Shown here: positions 47,821-52,419 of the stretch, piece after piece
Position numbering within the stretch: the first letter of the stretch is position 1
Layout of the letters: each line of letters begins with the position of its first letter
Assembly (NCBI GenBank): GCA_038321865.1
Contig: JBBQFH010000021.1
Coordinates: 1 to 52,419, forward strand
Source: Gemmatimonadales bacterium
Lineage (GTDB): Bacteria; Gemmatimonadota; Gemmatimonadetes; Gemmatimonadales; GWC2-71-9
Reading direction: 5' to 3'
Length of the DNA stretch: 52,419 bases
Notes under the pieces: model-generated
Told to the model about the DNA's origin: nothing
The model's input: the letters and a program-made list of their open reading frames with translations, nothing else
Database searches by the model: none
Program-made: the position numbers and the translations under genes

Positions 47821-50252
47821 GCCAGCGCCACCTCTTCCGGCTCGGCGACGAGCATCTTGTGCCCGCACTTGAGGCAGACCCGGGTCTCGCCTTCGGCCTT
47901 GTTCTTCCGCTTCTCCATGCCGACCCACTGGCACTCGGGACAGGTGTCGGGCACCGGCATGTTCCAGGTGGAGAAGTCGCAGGCCGGATAGCGGGCACAG
48001 CCCCAGAACGACTTGCCCTTCCGGGTGCGGCGCTGGGCCAGATCGCCGATATCGCACTTGGGGCACTTCATGCCGAGCGGCACCGACCGCGTGCCCTTGC
48101 AGGTCGGATAGGTGGTGCAGGCGATGAATTCGCCGAAGCGTCCCGTCTTGATCACCATCGCCGAGCCGCAAAGGTGGCATTTCTCATCGGTGGGCCGGTC
48201 GGGCACGCGGTCTTTCTTGAGCGACTTCACATAATCGCAGGTGACCTTGTAATTGACGCACGCGAGATACGGACCGAACCGGCCGGTCTTGAGCTCGATG
48301 GCCGAGCCGCACTTGGGGCACTTCTCCAGCGCCAGCGACTCCGCTGACAGGCCGTGCGCTTCGGCCACCAATGCGTTGATGTCCACGGCCTCGAGCGCCT
48401 TGGTGAACGGGCCGTAAAAGTCCTGCAAGACTTCCTGCCAGTCGAGTCCCTGCTCCTCGATCCGGTCCAGCTCCTCTTCCATCCTCGCCGTGAACTCCAC
48501 GTTGAAGATCTCGGGGAACTTGCCCACCATGAGCTTCTCGACGGTCTCGCCAAGGCCGGTCGGAAAAAACCGGCGCTGATCCACCCGCACGTATTCCCTG
48601 GCAGACAGCGTCGAGATGATCGAGCTGTACGTCGAAGGGCGGCCGATCCCCAGCCGTTCGAGCTCCTTGACCAGGCTGGCCTCGGAAAAACGCGGCGGCG
48701 GGTCGGTAAAGTGCTGCGACGGCTTGATCTCGCGCACCTCGACAATGTCGCCGTTGCTCAGCGGCGGAATCGGCGGCAGATCGTCCATGGTCTTCCCTTC
48801 CTCGACCTCGCGGCCTTCGGAGTAGAGGACATGGTAGCCGTCGAACACGAGGACCGAGCCGGTCGCCCGGAACAGATACTTGCCCAGATCGAAGTCCACG
48901 ATCGTCATGTCGTAGACGGCGGGCGTCATCTGGGACGCGACGAAGCGCTGCCAGATGAGCTGGTAGAGCCGGTACTGATCCGGCTCGAGGTACGCCTGGA
49001 CGCTCTCGGGACGCCGGCGCACATCCGTCGGCCGCACGGCCTCGTGGGCGTCCTGCACTCGCGCAGCCTTCTTCGAGCTGTAGCTGTTGGCTGTCTCCGG
49101 CAGGTAACGCTTGTCGTAGCCGGCCGCGATGAAGTCGCGGACCGCCGCGATGGCGGTGTCGCTCACCCGGACCGAGTCGGTACGCATGTAGGTGATGAGA
49201 CCGGTCTGGCCGTCCTCGCCGACGTCGATGCCTTCGTACAGATCCTGCGCTGCGCGCATGGTCCGCCGGCTGGAGAAGCCGAGCTTCTTGGCCGCCTCCT
49301 GCTGAAGCGTGCTGGTGGTGAACGGCGCACCCGGCTTCTTCCGCCGCTGTTTCTTCTCGACGCTGGTGACGACGAACGGGCGGTTCCGTACGGCATCGAC
49401 CACCGTCTGGGCCTCGGCCGCGTTGCTCAGCTGCGGCTTGTGGCCGTCCACCTTGTGCAGGCCCGCCTCGAACGTCTGGCCACCCGCGGCGCAGAGCGCC
49501 TCAATGGTCCAGTACTCCTGGGCCGTGAAGGCGCGGATTTCCCGCTCGCGCTCCACCAGCAGCCGAAGCGCGACCGTCTGGACGCGGCCGGCCGACAGTC
49601 CGGTCTGGATGCTCTTCCACAGGATCGGACTCGCCTTGTATCCCACCAGCCGGTCGAGAATGCGCCGGGCCTGCTGGGCGTTAACCTTCTGGTCGTCGAT
49701 CTCACCCGCGTTGGCGATCGCCTCCTGAACCGCCTCCTTGGTGATCTCGTGGAACAGGACGCGCTGCATCGAGGTCCCCGGAGCGAGCTGGCTGGCGACA
49801 TGCCAGGCGATCGCCTCGCCCTCGCGGTCGGGGTCCGTGGCCAGGTACACCCGGCTGGCGCCCGCGGCCGCCTTCTTGATCTCGGAAACCGTCGCGCTCT
49901 TTCCTTTGATGATCACGTATTCGGGCGTGAACCGGCCGCCCTCGATCTCCACGCCGAGCTTCCGGGTCGGGAGGTCGCGGATGTGCCCCACCGTGGCCTT
50001 CACCGAATAGCCGCGGCCGAGGTACTTGCCGATCGTCTTCGCCTTGGTGGGCGACTCGACGATGACCAGGGCATCGCCCGAACGGACGACCGGGTCGGCC
50101 GAGCGCGGCCTGACCGATTTCCGGGCCGGTTTCGTCGCCTTGGCGACCTTGACGGCCTTGGTCGGTTTCACTGTCTTGGCCACCTTGGGCGTCTTGGCCA
50201 CCTTGGCGGCCCCGGTACCCCTGGATGTGCCCGTCTTTTTCGTCGTTGCCAT
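47817..50252 (-). CDS. topA: DNA topoisomerase I with C-terminal zinc ribbons and a Lys-rich N-terminal extension
   Basis: LVIVESP.KAKTI, ATDPDREGE, SAGRVQ, ITYMRTDS and GIGRPSTY motifs; repeated CxxC ribbons. Confidence 0.96.
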   Translation of the reverse strand: MATTKKTGTSRGTGAAKVAKTPKVAKTVKPTKAVKVAKATKPARKSVRPRSADPVVRSGDALVIVESPTKAKTIGKYLGRGYSVKATVGHIRDLPTRKLGVEIEGGRFTPEYVIIKGKSATVSEIKKAAAGASRVYLATDPDREGEAIAWHVASQLAPGTSMQRVLFHEITKEAVQEAIANAGEIDDQKVNAQQARRILDRLVGYKASPILWKSIQTGLSAGRVQTVALRLLVEREREIRAFTAQEYWTIEALCAAGGQTFEAGLHKVDGHKPQLSNAAEAQTVVDAVRNRPFVVTSVEKKQRRKKPGAPFTTSTLQQEAAKKLGFSSRRTMRAAQDLYEGIDVGEDGQTGLITYMRTDSVRVSDTAIAAVRDFIAAGYDKRYLPETANSYSSKKAARVQDAHEAVRPTDVRRRPESVQAYLEPDQYRLYQLIWQRFVASQMTPAVYDMTIVDFDLGKYLFRATGSVLVFDGYHVLYSEGREVEEGKTMDDLPPIPPLSNGDIVEVREIKPSQHFTDPPPRFSEASLVKELERLGIGRPSTYSSIISTLSAREYVRVDQRRFFPTGLGETVEKLMVGKFPEIFNVEFTARMEEELDRIEEQGLDWQEVLQDFYGPFTKALEAVDINALVAEAHGLSAESLALEKCPKCGSAIELKTGRFGPYLACVNYKVTCDYVKSLKKDRVPDRPTDEKCHLCGSAMVIKTGRFGEFIACTTYPTCKGTRSVPLGMKCPKCDIGDLAQRRTRKGKSFWGCARYPACDFSTWNMPVPDTCPECQWVGMEKRKNKAEGETRVCLKCGHKMLVAEPEEVALA

Positions 50253-50367
50253 ACCGCCAGAATAGCCCGCGAGGAGCATGCAAGGTCAAAGGGTGCGAGG
50301 TAGCAAGAAAGCGCGGCGAGCGGAGGCTGGCAAGGACGTCACGCGTAATTGCTTGTACCTTCGATAC

Positions 50368-50895
50368 TTACCAGCCTGCGTGCAGCTGGGCCAGGTTGGT
50401 AATCTCGGTAGCGACCGCCTCGGGAGTGCGCATGTCAGTCACCACCTCGTGATCGGCCCGAGCGTAGAACGGTTCCCGCGAGCGGAGCACCTCCCGCAGC
50501 CGATCAAGCAAATTGTCGCCCGCCAGAAGGGGACGTGAGCTGTCGCTTCCGATCCGCTTGGATGCGGTGGTGACCATGGTCTTCAGATAGACGAGCATGG
50601 CGGACGTGCGCGCCACCTCGATCTGCCCCGGTTGCGCCGACCAGCCGGCTCCGGGGGCGATCAGCGTCGGCGTCCCACCGGTGAGCACGGCTCGGACGGC
50701 CAGCCGCTCGAGCTCCCGGAACCGCGGCTCCCCCAGCTCGCCGATGACACTCGCGATCGGCATCTGTTGCTGCCGCACGATCACGGCATCGATATCGACG
50801 AACGGCGCGCCCAGCGCGGCCGCGGCGATCTGCCCGACGGTCGTCTTGCCGGACGCCGGCAGGCCCATGAGGATGATGTGTCGTCTGTCGCTCAT
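50368..50895 (-). CDS. aroK: Shikimate kinase
   Basis: GLPASGKTTVG, FVDID, GE..FR..E, RPLL and R...Y motifs. Confidence 0.9.
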   Translation of the reverse strand: MSDRRHIILMGLPASGKTTVGQIAAAALGAPFVDIDAVIVRQQQMPIASVIGELGEPRFRELERLAVRAVLTGGTPTLIAPGAGWSAQPGQIEVARTSAMLVYLKTMVTTASKRIGSDSSRPLLAGDNLLDRLREVLRSREPFYARADHEVVTDMRTPEAVATEITNLAQLHAGW

Positions 50896-52103
50896 GTCGG
50901 CGCCTCACTGCCACGAAGTGCCGTCCATCGGGCGCCGAGGCCGCTCTGATAGCCATCCACGTTGCGGCGAAGCTCGTTCAGTGAGTCTCCTCCGAACTTC
51001 TCCAGCACCGCGTCGGCCAGCACCAGACACACCAGCGCCTCGGCGATCACACCCATGGCCGGCACGGCGGTTACGTCGGACCGCTCGCTCTGCGCGCTGG
51101 CCGCCGCTCCCGATGCGAGGTCCACCGTTCGAAGCGGTGACATCAACGTCGAGATCGGCTTCATCGCAACCCTAACAATGAGCGGTTCCCCGGTCGTCAT
51201 GCCACCCTCCAGGCCACCGGCGTTGTTGCTTTCCCTCCGGAAGCGTATCGCGTCGACGCCGTCACCGTCAGTGAGGATTGCGTCGTGGACCGCGGAGCCG
51301 GGCCGGCGGGCGGCTTCGAAGCCGAGCCCGACCTCGACTCCCTTGACTGCCGGAATCGACATCAGCATGCCCGCGAGGCGGCCGTCCAGCTTGCGATCCC
51401 AGCTCACGTGGCTCCCCAGGCCGAGCATGAGTCCCCGGGTGACGACCTCCACCTCGCCACCCAGGGTATCTCCGGCGGCCTTCGCCCGGTCGATCGCCGC
51501 GACCATCAGCGCCTCGGCGGCGGCGTCGAGCGTGCGCACCGCTGAGCGGTCGGACACCTCGTTCAGCGGCGTCGGCAGCTGGCCCTGAGGCGCCGCCCGC
51601 ACGCCGCCGAGGGACACGACATGACTCCCGACCTCGATGCCGAGCTCGGTCAGGAGCCGGCGGGCCAGGGCCCCGGCCGCCACGCGGGCGGTCGTCTCGC
51701 GCGCGCTGGCGCGTTCGAGGATGTCGCGGGCATCGAGACGGTCGTACTTCAGCACCCCGACCAGGTCGGCGTGGCCTGGACGCGGCCGCGTCACCCGGCG
51801 GCGTCGCAACTCGCCCGGGATGCCTTCGGCGGCCATCACGTCCTGCCAGTTGGCCCAGTCGCGATTGGTGATGAGCATGGCCACGGGCGACCCGATCGTC
51901 TCGCCGCCGCGGATGCCCGCGAGCCACTCCACCTGATCGTGTTCGATTATCATCCGCGCGCCGCGGCCGTAGCCCTGCATCCGCCGGGCGAGGTCCTGGT
52001 CCACGGATGCGCCGGTCACCGGGAGCCCCGCCGGCAGGCCCTCTACGATCGCGACGAGGGCCTTGCCATGGGATTCTCCGGCGGTCGTGAAGCGCAGCCT
52101 CAT
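50892..52103 (-). CDS. aroC: Chorismate synthase
   Basis: TAGESHG, RPGHAD, ERASARET, NNAGGLEGG, MKPISTL and ERSD motifs. Confidence 0.96.
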   Translation of the reverse strand: MRLRFTTAGESHGKALVAIVEGLPAGLPVTGASVDQDLARRMQGYGRGARMIIEHDQVEWLAGIRGGETIGSPVAMLITNRDWANWQDVMAAEGIPGELRRRRVTRPRPGHADLVGVLKYDRLDARDILERASARETTARVAAGALARRLLTELGIEVGSHVVSLGGVRAAPQGQLPTPLNEVSDRSAVRTLDAAAEALMVAAIDRAKAAGDTLGGEVEVVTRGLMLGLGSHVSWDRKLDGRLAGMLMSIPAVKGVEVGLGFEAARRPGSAVHDAILTDGDGVDAIRFRRESNNAGGLEGGMTTGEPLIVRVAMKPISTLMSPLRTVDLASGAAASAQSERSDVTAVPAMGVIAEALVCLVLADAVLEKFGGDSLNELRRNVDGYQSGLGARWTALRGSEAPT

Positions 52104-52142
52104 GGCATCCTCCGGCCCGGGGCGGCGGCCGGCCTGCTGGTG

Positions 52143-52179
52143 AAAAGCACACGAGCCCGGCGGTCGCCGGGCTCGTGTG
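52143..52179 (-). terminator. Intrinsic terminator after the secretin gene
   Basis: Perfect 15-bp inverted repeat CACACGAGCCCGGCG / CGCCGGGCTCGTGTG followed by CTTTT on the minus strand. Confidence 0.8.
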
Positions 52180-52199
52180 GAGATCGGGTCATGCGCGTC

Positions 52200-52419
52200 T
52201 CAAGGGGCCGAGACGCCGTCGTCAACGATGCGGGGCGTGACCAAGATAATCAGATCCCGCCGGTTCTCGGATTCCGAGCTGAAGCTGAACAGCTTGCCGA
52301 CGATGGGAAGCCCGGAGAGGAGCGGGATGCCCGAGCGGCTCTTGGTGACGGTGGTGACGGTGAGGCCGCCGATCACGCTGGTCTCGCCGTCCGCGACGAG
52401 CAGCTGATTGTTCGACGTC
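52200..52419 (-). CDS. pilQ: Secretin (PilQ-like), C-terminal fragment
   Basis: Minus strand reads ..LLVADGETSVIGGL......SGIPLLSGLPIVGKLF.......RRDLIILVTPRIV..*, the secretin signature; upstream of aro genes, as is usual for pilQ. Confidence 0.85.
   Translation of the reverse strand, partial: TSNNQLLVADGETSVIGGLTVTTVTKSRSGIPLLSGLPIVGKLFSFSSESENRRDLIILVTPRIVDDGVSAP

Overview
High-GC bacterial chromosome segment, most consistent with Gemmatimonadota (inferred from three 'RY.IERELG.GG' Ser/Thr kinases, a GWxTD protein and the gene content; not proven). Most of it is housekeeping or typical accessory genes: cstA-ybdD-TSUP, transporters, a Peptidase_Mx/ATP-grasp pair, a DUF885/nucleotidyltransferase/cupin/ferredoxin/M1 peptidase run, the F0+delta half of the ATP synthase operon behind a near-perfect Rex-type operator, MoxR plus an SPFH/NfeD/flotillin cluster, and pilQ(partial)-aroC-aroK-topA-trmFO-xerC-hslV-hslU...argF-gcvT-mog. 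The best candidate for an undescribed system is 27.7-36.9 kb. On the minus strand an atypical sigma-54 activator is followed by an Fe-S/hydrogenase-like diguanylate cyclase, a hypothetical protein, an unannotated 26-aa peptide (MLQIDWLGAMVNFIANLFLAEGQNWS) bracketed by a 15-nt inverted repeat, and a multi-TM HD-GYP phosphodiesterase. This run converges on a SARP/BTAD-AAA regulator with a helical C-terminus. A sharp drop in GC starts inside that regulator, just after its ATPase domain, and runs through the HD-GYP gene to the peptide, as expected of a swappable peptide-signal specificity cassette. Other notable items are a diverged 116-bp copy of a permease 3' end flanking an SGNH gene, and an M1 peptidase with an Omp85-like C-terminus. 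No rRNA, tRNA, CRISPR array or transposase was recognised. All calls are by eye; no database searches were run.
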